From Planctomycetota bacterium (GTDB taxonomy: Bacteria > Planctomycetota > B15-G4), in assembly GCA_965248575.1 (NCBI GenBank), contig CBDFJQ010000002.1, positions 4,096,001 through 4,160,000 on the forward strand: a stretch of 64,000 nt of DNA, in the 5' to 3' direction. The notes beneath the pieces were generated by a model. It was not told the DNA's origin. It saw nothing but the letters and a program-made list of their open reading frames with translations, and made no database searches. The position numbers were made by a program, and so were the translations under genes. Shown here one piece after another: positions 28,282-37,981 of this stretch (positions are counted from its first letter, which is position 1; the number at the start of each line of letters is the position of its first letter).

Positions 28282-29357
28282 GCGTGCGCCTGGACATCAA
28301 CCAGCGAGTGATCGGCAAGCCCCTGCGGGTCTACTTCGCGATCGTGGTGTTCTACGGCTTGCTGCTGTCCTGGTGGGTGTTCTTCTTCTCCCGCCTCGGA
28401 GACCAACTGGCCCAGCGCATGGAATCTGTCGGCGTTCCGCTCAGCGAGGCGCAGCAGCAGGCGCTCGATCAGACGGCCGACGAAGCCATGCGCATGTTCA
28501 TCTTCGAGGGCGGCTTCCTGGGCCTGCTGGTGTTGCTCAGCGTGTACTTGGTCATGCGTTCTGTGCAGCGTGAGAGCACCCTCGCGATGCAGCAGCGGAA
28601 TTTCGTGTCGGCCGTCACTCATGAACTGCGAAGCCCCCTGGCTTCGGCGAGGCTGTACATCGACAGCATCCTCATGAAGCGCACCGATGAGTCGAAGACG
28701 GAGCGCTACCTGCGGCATGCCCGAGAGGATCTCGATCGATTGGGTTCCTTGATCGAGGACATCTTGTTGACCCGGCGCATGAGCGATGCGGGCATCGAAG
28801 TGGAGCCCGATGTCCTGGACTTGCGGGCCTGCACCGAGGCCGAGCTGGAACGCCTGGCGGATCTGCACCGTGAGCAGGGGGCGCAGCTGCGGCTGCTGGA
28901 GGGTGCGCCTGCTTTCTGCAGGGTGGATCCGACAGCCTTCCCGCAGATGCTCGAGAACCTCGTCTCCAATGCCTTGAAGTATGGCGGCGAAGACCGAGTG
29001 GTGGAGATCTCGATCGAGTCGAGGACGTCTCCCGTCACGACGGGTAGCAAGAGCTCGGGGATCGATCGCCTGGGCAAGGCTCGACGGCACTCGAAAGGCG
29101 GGTGGGTCGTGCTGAGCGTTTGCGACCATGGGGCCGGTTTGAACGGCGTGGACCCAGCTCAACTCATGGAGCCCTTCGTGCGCGGTGGCGACGAAGAAGT
29201 GCGCACCCGGCCCGGTGCTGGCCTCGGCCTCTTCATCGTGCGCGAGTTCGCATCAGCGCACGGTGGCGTGCTCAGCATGCAGGATGGTCTGGCCGCAGGC
29301 GGGACGCGCGTGAGCCTCAGTTTCCCGGCAGCTTCATCCGGGGAGGCCGAATCATGA
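28278..29357 (+). CDS. Sensor histidine kinase (two TM helices, short extracytoplasmic loop), HemK/Hklep-like position
   Basis: THELRSPL H-box, ENLVSNALKY, DHGAG and GAGLGL. Confidence 0.92.
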   Translation: MSVRLDINQRVIGKPLRVYFAIVVFYGLLLSWWVFFFSRLGDQLAQRMESVGVPLSEAQQQALDQTADEAMRMFIFEGGFLGLLVLLSVYLVMRSVQRESTLAMQQRNFVSAVTHELRSPLASARLYIDSILMKRTDESKTERYLRHAREDLDRLGSLIEDILLTRRMSDAGIEVEPDVLDLRACTEAELERLADLHREQGAQLRLLEGAPAFCRVDPTAFPQMLENLVSNALKYGGEDRVVEISIESRTSPVTTGSKSSGIDRLGKARRHSKGGWVVLSVCDHGAGLNGVDPAQLMEPFVRGGDEEVRTRPGAGLGLFIVREFASAHGGVLSMQDGLAAGGTRVSLSFPAASSGEAES

Positions 29358-30049
29358 GCGCTGCGCGGCTGATGGTGGTTGAGGACGAAGCCCACCTGGC
29401 TGAGGTGATCGCCGACAACCTCAAGCTCGAAGGCTGGGAGGTCGAGGTCGTGGGCGACGGAGCGCTGGCACTGGAGCGCATCCGCAAGTCAGCTCCGGAT
29501 CTCGTCCTGCTCGACGTCATGCTGCCTGGGCTGGACGGGTTCACCGTCTGCGACACCCTGCGCGCCGAAGGATGTCGGGTGCCGATCCTCTTCCTGACCG
29601 CCAAGAGCAGCCGCGACGACCGGGTCCGTGGCCTGAAGCTCGGTGGCGACGACTACCTGGGCAAACCCTTCGATCTGGAAGAGTTGATCCTGCGCGTGCG
29701 TGCCATCTTGCGCCGTGGCGAGTGGTACAGCTCGTCCTCGACCGCCGGCGAGACCCTCGTGCTGGGTGACGCCAGCGTCGACTTCGCCACCTACACGGTG
29801 ACTTCCGGTGAGCGCTCCGTCGAACTGTCCCAGAAGGAAACCATGATCCTGCGCCTGCTCGCCGAGCAGCCGGGAGTGGTGGTGGCGCGAGCCGACATCG
29901 TGGAGCGCGTTTGGGGTTACGACGTCTTCCCGACCTTGCGCACCGTGGACAACTTCATCGTCCGTCTGCGCCGCCTGCTCGAGCCCGACCCCCGCAACCC
30001 TCGTTACATTCACACCGTCCGTGGAACTGGATACCGCCTGACGCCATGA
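29354..30049 (+). CDS. OmpR/PhoB-family response regulator, HemR-like position
   Basis: VVEDE, LLDVMLP, FLTAK and GKPF; winged helix RTVDNFIVRLRR..HTVRGTGY. ATGA overlap with the kinase. Confidence 0.95.
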   Translation: MSAARLMVVEDEAHLAEVIADNLKLEGWEVEVVGDGALALERIRKSAPDLVLLDVMLPGLDGFTVCDTLRAEGCRVPILFLTAKSSRDDRVRGLKLGGDDYLGKPFDLEELILRVRAILRRGEWYSSSSTAGETLVLGDASVDFATYTVTSGERSVELSQKETMILRLLAEQPGVVVARADIVERVWGYDVFPTLRTVDNFIVRLRRLLEPDPRNPRYIHTVRGTGYRLTP

Positions 30050-31104
30050 CTTCCAACGACACCTTGATGCTCAAGGCCTTGCGCCGAGAGCCCGTAGACC
30101 GTCCACCCGTCTGGCTCATGCGCCAAGCAGGCCGCTACCTGCCTGAGTACCAGGCGGTGCGCAAGAAAGCGGGGGGCTTCCTCGCCATGTGCCACGACCC
30201 GGAGCTGGCGGCCGAGGTCACGTTGCAACCCATCCGGCGCTTCGGCATGGACGCAGCCATTCTTTTCAGCGACATCCTGTTGCCCTTGGCCTCCATGGGG
30301 ATGCCGTTGGAGTTCCAAGACGGGCGCGGGCCGGTGCTGCCGAAGCCGCTTCGGAACGCCGACGATGTCGCTGCCCTGAAGCCCGTCGTGCCGGAAGAAT
30401 CGCTGGCTTATGTGGGTGAGGCGCTCCAATGCACGGCTGCCGGTTTGCCGAGCGGGACCACCTTGCTCGGCTTCTGTGGTGCGCCCTACACCCTCGCCAG
30501 CTACGCCATCGAAGGGGGGACCAGCAAGGCCCACGCGAAGGTTCGGCAGCTCATGTACCGCGAACCCGCGGTCTTCGAGTCGCTCATGTCGAAGCTGGCC
30601 GAGACTTCGGGCCGACATCTCGCCTACCAGGCGTCCCAGGGTGCCCAGGCCGTGGTGCTCTTCGACACGTGGGCAGGGACCCTCGGTCGCGAGGACTACC
30701 TGCGCCATGCGCTCCCTTGGTCCAAGCGCGCCCTGGAGATCGTCGCCGCCGAGAGCGATGTGCCCCGCATCCACTTCGTGCTCAACGGACAGCACGTCCT
30801 GGACGAGGTAGTCGCCGCCGGAAGCGAAGGGGTGGCGGTGGACTGGCGTGTTTCCATTGCCGACTGCATGGAGCGCTGGGGTGACCAGGTCGCCTTTCAG
30901 GGCAACCTCGACCCTTCTCTCCTGCTGGGTACGCCCGAGCTGGTGGCGCAGCGCACACGCGCCATCCTGGAGTCGGTGGGTGGTCGCCCGGGCCATGTGA
31001 TGGGCCTGGGGCACGGTGTGCACAAGGAGACGGATCCCGAATGCGTGGCGGCATTCGTCGACACGGTGAAGGCTTTTTCGTGTGCAAGCGTGAAGGGAGC
31101 CTGA
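30046..31104 (+). CDS. hemE: Uroporphyrinogen decarboxylase
   Basis: PVWLMRQAGRYLPEY, AAILFSDIL, QGNLDP and GLGHG. ATGA overlap with the regulator. Confidence 0.97.
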   Translation: MTSNDTLMLKALRREPVDRPPVWLMRQAGRYLPEYQAVRKKAGGFLAMCHDPELAAEVTLQPIRRFGMDAAILFSDILLPLASMGMPLEFQDGRGPVLPKPLRNADDVAALKPVVPEESLAYVGEALQCTAAGLPSGTTLLGFCGAPYTLASYAIEGGTSKAHAKVRQLMYREPAVFESLMSKLAETSGRHLAYQASQGAQAVVLFDTWAGTLGREDYLRHALPWSKRALEIVAAESDVPRIHFVLNGQHVLDEVVAAGSEGVAVDWRVSIADCMERWGDQVAFQGNLDPSLLLGTPELVAQRTRAILESVGGRPGHVMGLGHGVHKETDPECVAAFVDTVKAFSCASVKGA

Positions 31105-31105
31105 G

Positions 31106-32563
31106 GTGAGTGAAGCGACGAGTGACTCAAGAGGCGGATCGTCGAGGCCGGCGGAAGCGCCGCTGCAGGTCGGCGAGGACGTGCTGGCCAAGTTGGCTGT
31201 CGCTGGGCCGCGCTACACCTCCTACCCCACGGCGCCCGAGTGGTCGGACGACTTCGGTGAGGCGGATGCGTTGGCTGCCTACGGGCGCGCGGCCCAGGAA
31301 GCCGATGAACCCCTCTCGCTCTACGTCCATCTGCCGTTCTGCTCCCGCCTCTGCCTGTACTGCGGGTGCACCGTCGAGATCAACGGCAAGCAGTCCCGAG
31401 CGGACAGCTACCTGGATGCCGTGGAGCAGGAGATCGCCCTCGTCTCGAAGGCCTTGGGCGAGCGCCGCGATGTGGTGCAACTGCACTGGGGCGGAGGCAC
31501 ACCCACCTTCCTCTCCACGACCCAGCTGCGTCGCCTGTTCGCGATGCTGACCGACAAGTTCCGGCTGCAGGGCGACGCCGAGGTTTCCTTGGAAGTGGAC
31601 CCGCACGTCACGACCCGCGAGCAGCTGGAGTGCCTGGCGGACCTGGGCTTCAATCGGGTCAGCATGGGTGTGCAGGACCTCGACCCAGCCGTGCAGCAGG
31701 CGGTGCGTCGGGAGCAGACGGTGGACGAGACCACTTCGTTGATCGAAGGCTGCCGCGAACTGGGCATGCAGGGCGTCAACGTCGACCTCATGTACGGTTT
31801 GCCCGAGCAGACCATGGACGGTTTCTCCCGGACCCTCGATCTCATCGCTCAGCTGCGTCCCGATCGTCTGGCTGTCTTCGGCTACGCCCACGTGCCCTGG
31901 CTCAAGCCGGCCCAGAAGGTGCTCGAGTCCTATGCCATGCCGGACGCCGCGCAGCGCACGGGCTTGTTCTCGGCCGCGCTCAAGACCCTGAGCGGTGCGG
32001 GCTACGCCGTTGTAGGCCTGGATCACTTCGCGCTCGAGACGGACCCGATGGTCACGGCCCTGCATGCGGGGGAGCTGCACCGCAACTTCATGGGTTATGC
32101 GACCCGCCCTGCCCCGGACATGGTGGGCCTGGGCATGAGCGCCATCGGCGATGTGGCCGGCGCGTTCCTGCAGAACCCGAGGGACACCAAGACCTACGAA
32201 GCCGCTCTCGCTGCAGGGCATCTGCCCACCTTGCGCGGGCTGCTCCGTACGGAGGAGGACGAGCTGCGGCGAACCATGATCCTGTCGCTCATGTGCCGCA
32301 TGCGTCTGGACCTCGACGAGCTGGAGCAGGAGCTGGGCCGCAGCGACCTGGCCTCGCACTTCGCCACCGAGTGGGCTGAGTTGCAGCCGCTGGCGGATCA
32401 GGGCTTCTGCACCCTCAGCGCCAGGCGACTGGATGTCACCCCCATGGGGCGGCTCTTCCTGCGGCACATGGCCATGGTGTTCGATGCCCATCTGCGCCGG
32501 CAGCGGGCCGCGGCCAAGGCCGGGGACTCCCAGGATGGCCCACGCTTCAGCAAGACTCTCTGA
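31106..32563 (+). CDS. hemN: Oxygen-independent coproporphyrinogen III oxidase (radical SAM)
   Basis: N-terminal GPRYTSYPTA (true HemN rather than HemW); YVHLPFCSRLCLYCGC, HWGGGTP and RNFMGY. Confidence 0.95.
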   Translation: MSEATSDSRGGSSRPAEAPLQVGEDVLAKLAVAGPRYTSYPTAPEWSDDFGEADALAAYGRAAQEADEPLSLYVHLPFCSRLCLYCGCTVEINGKQSRADSYLDAVEQEIALVSKALGERRDVVQLHWGGGTPTFLSTTQLRRLFAMLTDKFRLQGDAEVSLEVDPHVTTREQLECLADLGFNRVSMGVQDLDPAVQQAVRREQTVDETTSLIEGCRELGMQGVNVDLMYGLPEQTMDGFSRTLDLIAQLRPDRLAVFGYAHVPWLKPAQKVLESYAMPDAAQRTGLFSAALKTLSGAGYAVVGLDHFALETDPMVTALHAGELHRNFMGYATRPAPDMVGLGMSAIGDVAGAFLQNPRDTKTYEAALAAGHLPTLRGLLRTEEDELRRTMILSLMCRMRLDLDELEQELGRSDLASHFATEWAELQPLADQGFCTLSARRLDVTPMGRLFLRHMAMVFDAHLRRQRAAAKAGDSQDGPRFSKTL

Positions 32564-32564
32564 G

Positions 32565-34001
32565 TTGACCGCACCCGAGGAAAGCCGTTTCGTCGACACC
32601 CTGGTGGTGGGCGGCGGCATGAGCGGCCTGGCCTACGCCCATGGTCTGGGGCCTGGGGCCGATGTGGTCCTGCTCGAGGGCGGCGAGCGCTGGGGCGGTC
32701 TGGTGCGCACGCGCACCTGGGAAGGCCTGCACTACGAGTGCGGCCCCGAGGCCCTGCAGGACAACGCCCCCGAAACCCTCGCGCTCATCGAGGAACTTGG
32801 GTTGGAACGCTGTGCGGCCCACACGTCGGCCCACCGACGTTTCATCCTCCTGCCGAAGGGGTTGGTGGATGTTCCCACAGGGCCCGGTGCGTTTCTGCGT
32901 TCACCACTCCTGAGCGTGGCCGGAAAGCTCCGGGCCTGCTCGGAACCCTGGCGCAGCGGCAGCACGGCGCTGGACGGATCCATGGCGGACTTCGTGCGGC
33001 ACCGCCTTGGGCAGCAGGTGCTCGACCATCTGGTGGACCCCGCCATTTCCGGCATCTACGCCGGCGACCCGGAGCTGCTCTCCCTGCGAGCGAGCTTCCC
33101 CAGCATGTGGGAACTCGTGTCCGAACACGGCTCCCTGATCCGAGGGATGTTCGCCAAGCTCAAGGCGCGCAAACGTGCCCGGGCGGAGTCAGGTGAGGCA
33201 CCCAAGCCCCGGCGCGCACCGGAACTGCTGACCGTCGCGGGAGGCATGGAGAGCTTGCCCCTGGCCCTCAGCAAGGCGCTGGGTGACGGGGCGCAACTGC
33301 GCAGCCCGGTGAGTCATGTGCGTCGCGTGGCGCAGCAGGAGGCACTCACGGAGGCCGAGCGGGGGGCTCAGTGGGTCGTGACGACCGATGCCCCGAGCGG
33401 CGCCCCGGCCCGGTGGTTGGCTCGCCAGCTGGTGCTGGCCGTGCCCGTGGCAGCGGCCGCGGCAGTTCTCCGGGAAGACGAGCCGGACCTCTCCCAACAA
33501 CTACGCTCCATGGTCAGCGAGGCGGTGATCTCCGTGGCCCACGTCTGGCCGCGGGAGGCCGTGGCCCACCCGCTCAATGGCTTTGGTTACCTGGTTCCTT
33601 CGAAGGCTGGCATGACGCATCTGGGCACCCTCTTCAGCAGTTCCATCTCGCCCAGCCGCTGCCCTCCGGGCCAAGTGGTGCTGAGGACCCTGATGGGTGG
33701 CGCCCGGCGGCCGGAGCTGCTGGAGCTGGACGATGAGACCCTGCTGGGGCATGTCCGGCGCGAAGTGGGGGGTGTCCTCGGCTGTTCTGGAGAGCCCAGC
33801 TTCACGCATGTGGCGCGCTGGCCCGTGGCCCTGCCGCGATACGACCTCGAACAAGTGGCGCGCCAAGATAGGATTGATGAGCTGCTGGCCGAGCGGCCAG
33901 GCTTGTCCATCATCGGAAACCATCGCCGGGGAATCTCCGTGAACGCCCTCATCGAGAGTTCGCGCTCACTGGCCAGGGAGCACCGAAGCGCGCATGCATG
34001 A
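32565..34001 (+). CDS. hemG: FAD-dependent protoporphyrinogen oxidase (HemY/HemG type)
   Basis: GGGMSGL FAD motif, ECGPE, SGIYAGDP, GFGYLVP and ALPRY. TTG start placed 1 nt after the hemN stop. Confidence 0.9.
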   Translation: MTAPEESRFVDTLVVGGGMSGLAYAHGLGPGADVVLLEGGERWGGLVRTRTWEGLHYECGPEALQDNAPETLALIEELGLERCAAHTSAHRRFILLPKGLVDVPTGPGAFLRSPLLSVAGKLRACSEPWRSGSTALDGSMADFVRHRLGQQVLDHLVDPAISGIYAGDPELLSLRASFPSMWELVSEHGSLIRGMFAKLKARKRARAESGEAPKPRRAPELLTVAGGMESLPLALSKALGDGAQLRSPVSHVRRVAQQEALTEAERGAQWVVTTDAPSGAPARWLARQLVLAVPVAAAAAVLREDEPDLSQQLRSMVSEAVISVAHVWPREAVAHPLNGFGYLVPSKAGMTHLGTLFSSSISPSRCPPGQVVLRTLMGGARRPELLELDDETLLGHVRREVGGVLGCSGEPSFTHVARWPVALPRYDLEQVARQDRIDELLAERPGLSIIGNHRRGISVNALIESSRSLAREHRSAHA

Positions 34002-35574
34002 CCGCGACGCCCAAGTGGTGCTGCTTGTTCGGGCACTCGAGGAAGCGGACGCGGAGGGGCGGCTGCTCCCCTCGGCCCAGCGAGCCCGGGCGACGTCGGC
34101 GGCACGGGAAGCCTGGGGTGATGGGAGCGGCGACGAGGTCGACGAGGAAGCGCTGCTCGTGCATCGCGCAGATGTGTTGATGCTGGATGTCGAGCGGCAG
34201 GTACCGCGCTTGAGTCGCCTGCTGGGTGCCGACCGCCTCGGTGGGAGCCTGGCGTCGCTCGTGTTGCTCGGTGCCCTGCTCGTGGGTGCGGCAGGCAATG
34301 CCCTGGGGCCGGCACGTCAGATCCAGGTGCTGTTCGCGCCGATGCTCGGCCTCGTGGCCTGGAACCTGGTCGTCTACCTGCTGCTGCTTGTGGTCTCACT
34401 CAAACGGGCTGCGAAGAGCAACTCCACAGGGGACGCGCCTCGGCTGCGCGAAGCTGCTGGGCGGCACTCGGTGACAGGTGTCGTGGGGGGCTTGGCCAGT
34501 CGATTCGTCCAACGTCACTTCCGGCGCGCCCTGGCCGAGCAGGCCGAGCAGCAGGCGCTGGTGACGGCAGCCGCCTCGGGCTTTGCGCGCCTCTGGGGTG
34601 CGGCCTCCACGGCGCTCATGGCCTGTCGGCTCACGCGCCTGTTGCACCTGGCGTCGCTCCTGTTGGCCGCGGGAGCGATCGGTGGCATGTACGTGCGTGG
34701 GCTAGGTCTCGAGTACCGCGCCAGCTGGGAGAGCACCTTCCTGACGGCCGAACAGGTCCAGTCGGTCCTGCAGAGCCTGTTGGGGCCGAGTGCCTGGTTG
34801 TTGGGCACGGTCGTGCCGGAGGTGGCGCCCTTGGAGGCTCCGGCTGACGGACTGGCGGCGCCCTGGATCCACTTGTGGGCCACGACGGTTGTCCTGTTCA
34901 TCGTGCTGCCGCGTCTGGCGCTCTGGTGCCTGGATGGCGTGCGCGTGCGTCGTCTGTCCCGGTCGGTGCAGCTGGATCTGGGGGCGACCTACTTCCGAAG
35001 CCTGTTGGTTCCGGTCCGGGGGGATGCTTCGAGCGTGGACGTCTTCCCCTATGGTGCTCGCCTGGATGCGCGAGCCCGGGAGACCCTGATGGAGCTGATG
35101 CACGACGTGCAGGGGGCCCGGGCCGAAGTGCGCGTGCACGACACGCTGACCTACGGCGACGAGGCGGCGGGCATCGCCCTCAACGAGGGGGCTCTCAACC
35201 AGGGGGCTGGCGTCGACAGTGCGCAGGCTCGGCGCAGCGCGGTGGTGGTCTTCGGCCTGGCCCAATCGCCCGAGTCGGAAGTGCATGGAGAGTTCGTGCG
35301 CGAGTTGACCGAGCGGCTCCAGGCCTTGGACACCCCCTGGGGTCTCGCCGTACTCATCGAGAACTCGAGCTATCGACGCCGCATGTCGGAACCTCGCCGG
35401 CTCGAAGAACGCCAGCGAGCGTGGGATCGTGTGCTTCGGGATGTGGGCCAGCAGGCGGTGCACGTGGACCTGGGCCGAGAGGGCCTAGAGGGTCGAGAGC
35501 AGTCGCTCCCGCCCGATGTCATGAACCGCCTGGCAGAACTCATGCGGCCGGCAACTCCTGAGGCGGCGCGCTAA
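33994..35574 (+). CDS. DUF2868-like membrane protein
   Basis: TM helices; YRASWESTFL and IVLPRLAL patterns; sits directly before a DUF3482-type GTPase. Confidence 0.7.
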   Translation: MHDRDAQVVLLVRALEEADAEGRLLPSAQRARATSAAREAWGDGSGDEVDEEALLVHRADVLMLDVERQVPRLSRLLGADRLGGSLASLVLLGALLVGAAGNALGPARQIQVLFAPMLGLVAWNLVVYLLLLVVSLKRAAKSNSTGDAPRLREAAGRHSVTGVVGGLASRFVQRHFRRALAEQAEQQALVTAAASGFARLWGAASTALMACRLTRLLHLASLLLAAGAIGGMYVRGLGLEYRASWESTFLTAEQVQSVLQSLLGPSAWLLGTVVPEVAPLEAPADGLAAPWIHLWATTVVLFIVLPRLALWCLDGVRVRRLSRSVQLDLGATYFRSLLVPVRGDASSVDVFPYGARLDARARETLMELMHDVQGARAEVRVHDTLTYGDEAAGIALNEGALNQGAGVDSAQARRSAVVVFGLAQSPESEVHGEFVRELTERLQALDTPWGLAVLIENSSYRRRMSEPRRLEERQRAWDRVLRDVGQQAVHVDLGREGLEGREQSLPPDVMNRLAELMRPATPEAAR

Positions 35575-36995
35575 TGGAGAACATCGCACTCAGCCTGGTC
35601 AGCCACACCAATGTGGGCAAGACGACTTTGGCGCGCACCCTGTTGCGCCGGGATGTGGGCACGGTCTTTGACCAGGCACATGTCACCGAAGTCAGCGAGG
35701 CCTGGCCGCTGATCGAGACGCCAGCCGCGCGCCTGTCGTTGTGGGACACGCCGGGCTTCGGCGACAGCGCACGCCTCTTGCGTCGCCTGCGCAATGAGGG
35801 CAACCCGCTGGGCTGGTTCCTGCACGAGGTCTGGGACAAGGCGACGGACCGGGCGCTCTGGTGTAGCCAGGAGGCGGTGCGGAACATTCGCGAGGACGCC
35901 GACGTCGTGGTCTACCTGGTGAATGCTGCCGAGGACCCCGAGGACGCGGCCTATGTGCCGCTGGAGCTGGAGCTGCTGGGTTGGCTCGAATGCCCGGTGT
36001 TGCTGCTGCTGAACCAGACGGGCTCGGCGGATGAGTCGCAGCGCCTGGAAGAACGCTGGCGCGAGGCAGCCAAGCGCTTCCCCCACGTTCGCGGCGTGCT
36101 CTCGTTGGATGCCTTCACGCGCTGTTGGGTCCAGGAAGGCACCTTGCTGGAGAAGGTCGCGCAGGTCCTCCCGGACGCCAGCCGCTCCGCCATGAGCGGG
36201 CTGCTCGCCGCCTGGAATGAGCGCAACCTGAAGATCTTCGATGCAGCCATGGAGTCGCTCCTGAGCGTGTTGCTGGAGACGGCCCGGGATCGTGAAGCGC
36301 TGCCCTCGAGCCTGGCGTCCAAGGCGGACAAGAACCGGGCCATGGCGGCCCTGGCTCAACGCCTGGAGCTGCGCTCTCGCGCTCTCATGGAGCAGCTGAT
36401 CGAGGCGCATGGTTTGGACGGTGAAGCGGCCGCGCAGGTGCAGGAGCGCATCGAGGACTTCGTGTTGCCCTCCGAGAGCCCGCTGGATGTGAAGGGCGGA
36501 GCCCTGTGGGGAGGCTTGCTCACTGGGGCTGCGACTGGAGTCACGGCTGAGGTCATGACCGGCGGCTTCGGCTTCGGGTCCGGGATCGTGGTGGGTGCGG
36601 CCTTGGGAGCCCTGGGCGGCGCGGGCTTGGCGAAGGGCTTCCAGTTGGTGTTCGGCCTCGGCCAGCAAGCAGCGGTGCGCTGGGGTAGCGAGTTCCTCAC
36701 GGGCTTCGTGCGCCAAGCCACCTTGCGCTACCTCGCCGTGGCGCAGTTCGGTCGGGGGCGCGGGGCCTTCCACGACGACGCGCTGGAGGCCGGGGAAGAC
36801 AACCCCTGGCTCGAAGCCCTGGACCAACACCTGGGTGAACGCTCGGCAGAACTGGCGAAGGCCTGGAAGCAGTTGGAGGCCGAGCCCGACGCGTCCGCGT
36901 CGAACGATGGAGGGCTGAGTCCCGCCTTGCGCGGCCTGGTGAATGATGTGCTCATCGCGCGCTACCCAGATGCCCGGCGGGTCCTGCAGGAGTGA
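35574..36995 (+). CDS. GTPase with DUF3482-like C-terminal region
   Basis: SHTNVGKTT P-loop, HVT, DTPG and LLNQ; Gly-rich hydrophobic hairpin near the C-terminus. TAATG overlap. Confidence 0.8.
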   Translation: MENIALSLVSHTNVGKTTLARTLLRRDVGTVFDQAHVTEVSEAWPLIETPAARLSLWDTPGFGDSARLLRRLRNEGNPLGWFLHEVWDKATDRALWCSQEAVRNIREDADVVVYLVNAAEDPEDAAYVPLELELLGWLECPVLLLLNQTGSADESQRLEERWREAAKRFPHVRGVLSLDAFTRCWVQEGTLLEKVAQVLPDASRSAMSGLLAAWNERNLKIFDAAMESLLSVLLETARDREALPSSLASKADKNRAMAALAQRLELRSRALMEQLIEAHGLDGEAAAQVQERIEDFVLPSESPLDVKGGALWGGLLTGAATGVTAEVMTGGFGFGSGIVVGAALGALGGAGLAKGFQLVFGLGQQAAVRWGSEFLTGFVRQATLRYLAVAQFGRGRGAFHDDALEAGEDNPWLEALDQHLGERSAELAKAWKQLEAEPDASASNDGGLSPALRGLVNDVLIARYPDARRVLQE

Positions 36996-37981
36996 CGGAG
37001 CCCGGGGGCGCCACGCCTGCGAAGCCTGGGGCGAAGTCAGCCCCGCTCCCACACGAAGGCGTCTCCCACCCGCAGGACCAGTTCAGCGCTTCGTTTCCTT
37101 GGCGGGCACTCATCACGGTCGCCATCTGGGGGGCGTCCTTTGTCGCGATCCGCGTGGCCTTGACGGCGTTCACTCCAACAGGGCTCGTGGCGTTGCGCCT
37201 TGTGGTGGGCAGCAGCTTGCTGGGCTTGCTCATGCGCGCGCGGCGCGGGCGCTGGCTTCCGGCGCGTGCAGACCTGGGGCGATGTGTCCTGCTCGGCGTG
37301 GTGCTCGGGGGCCACTTGCTGATCCAGGCCGTGGGTCTGCAGTACACCACGGCGATCCACACCGGTTGGATCATCGGGATCATCCCCGCCATGATCGCCC
37401 TGGGGGCGCACTGCTTCCTTGGCCAGCGCATGCAACCCGCCGGCTGGCTGGGGATGGCTGTGGCGTCGGCGGGCATCCTGCTCGTGACGTCCGTTCAGCC
37501 GGGGGACTTTACCGACGCCGGTTTCGGAGACGCCTTGCAGTTGGTGTCTTGCGTGACGTGGACGGTGTACACCCTGGCTGCGATCGGAGTCTTGTCGCGC
37601 AACGACCCGCTGCAGGTCACGGCGTTCTCCATGGCAGTGGCTGCTGCGGTTGTCGTCCCAGCTCTCCCCTTCCAGGGGCTGCTCACGGCCACTCCAGATG
37701 TCAGTGCCTGGGCTGCCGTGGCCTTCCTGGCTCTCGTCTGCAGCGCGCTCGCCTATCTGCTTTGGAGTCAGGCGTTGGAGTCCCACGGAGCAACCCGTGT
37801 GGGTTCGATGCTTTACGTCGAACCGCTGTTCACCTTGTTGGTGGCCGTGGCTGTTCTCGATGAACCGGTGAGCCCGCGGAGTCTGTTGGGCGGCGCACTC
37901 GTGATTCTGGGGGTCTGGGTCGTGGGTTCGAGAGCCAGCTCCCGGGGTCGCACTGAGCGGCAGCCCCGTCGAGGGCGCTAG
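36992..37981 (+). CDS. DMT/EamA-family transporter
   Basis: IWGASFVAIR, GLQYTTA and LYVEPLF; about ten TM helices in two repeats. GTGA overlap. Confidence 0.9.
   Translation: MTEPGGATPAKPGAKSAPLPHEGVSHPQDQFSASFPWRALITVAIWGASFVAIRVALTAFTPTGLVALRLVVGSSLLGLLMRARRGRWLPARADLGRCVLLGVVLGGHLLIQAVGLQYTTAIHTGWIIGIIPAMIALGAHCFLGQRMQPAGWLGMAVASAGILLVTSVQPGDFTDAGFGDALQLVSCVTWTVYTLAAIGVLSRNDPLQVTAFSMAVAAAVVVPALPFQGLLTATPDVSAWAAVAFLALVCSALAYLLWSQALESHGATRVGSMLYVEPLFTLLVAVAVLDEPVSPRSLLGGALVILGVWVVGSRASSRGRTERQPRRGR

Noticed and set aside
31106..32563. HemW heme chaperone as an alternative call
   Set aside because: The N-terminal PRYTSYPTA motif and the operon position favour true HemN.
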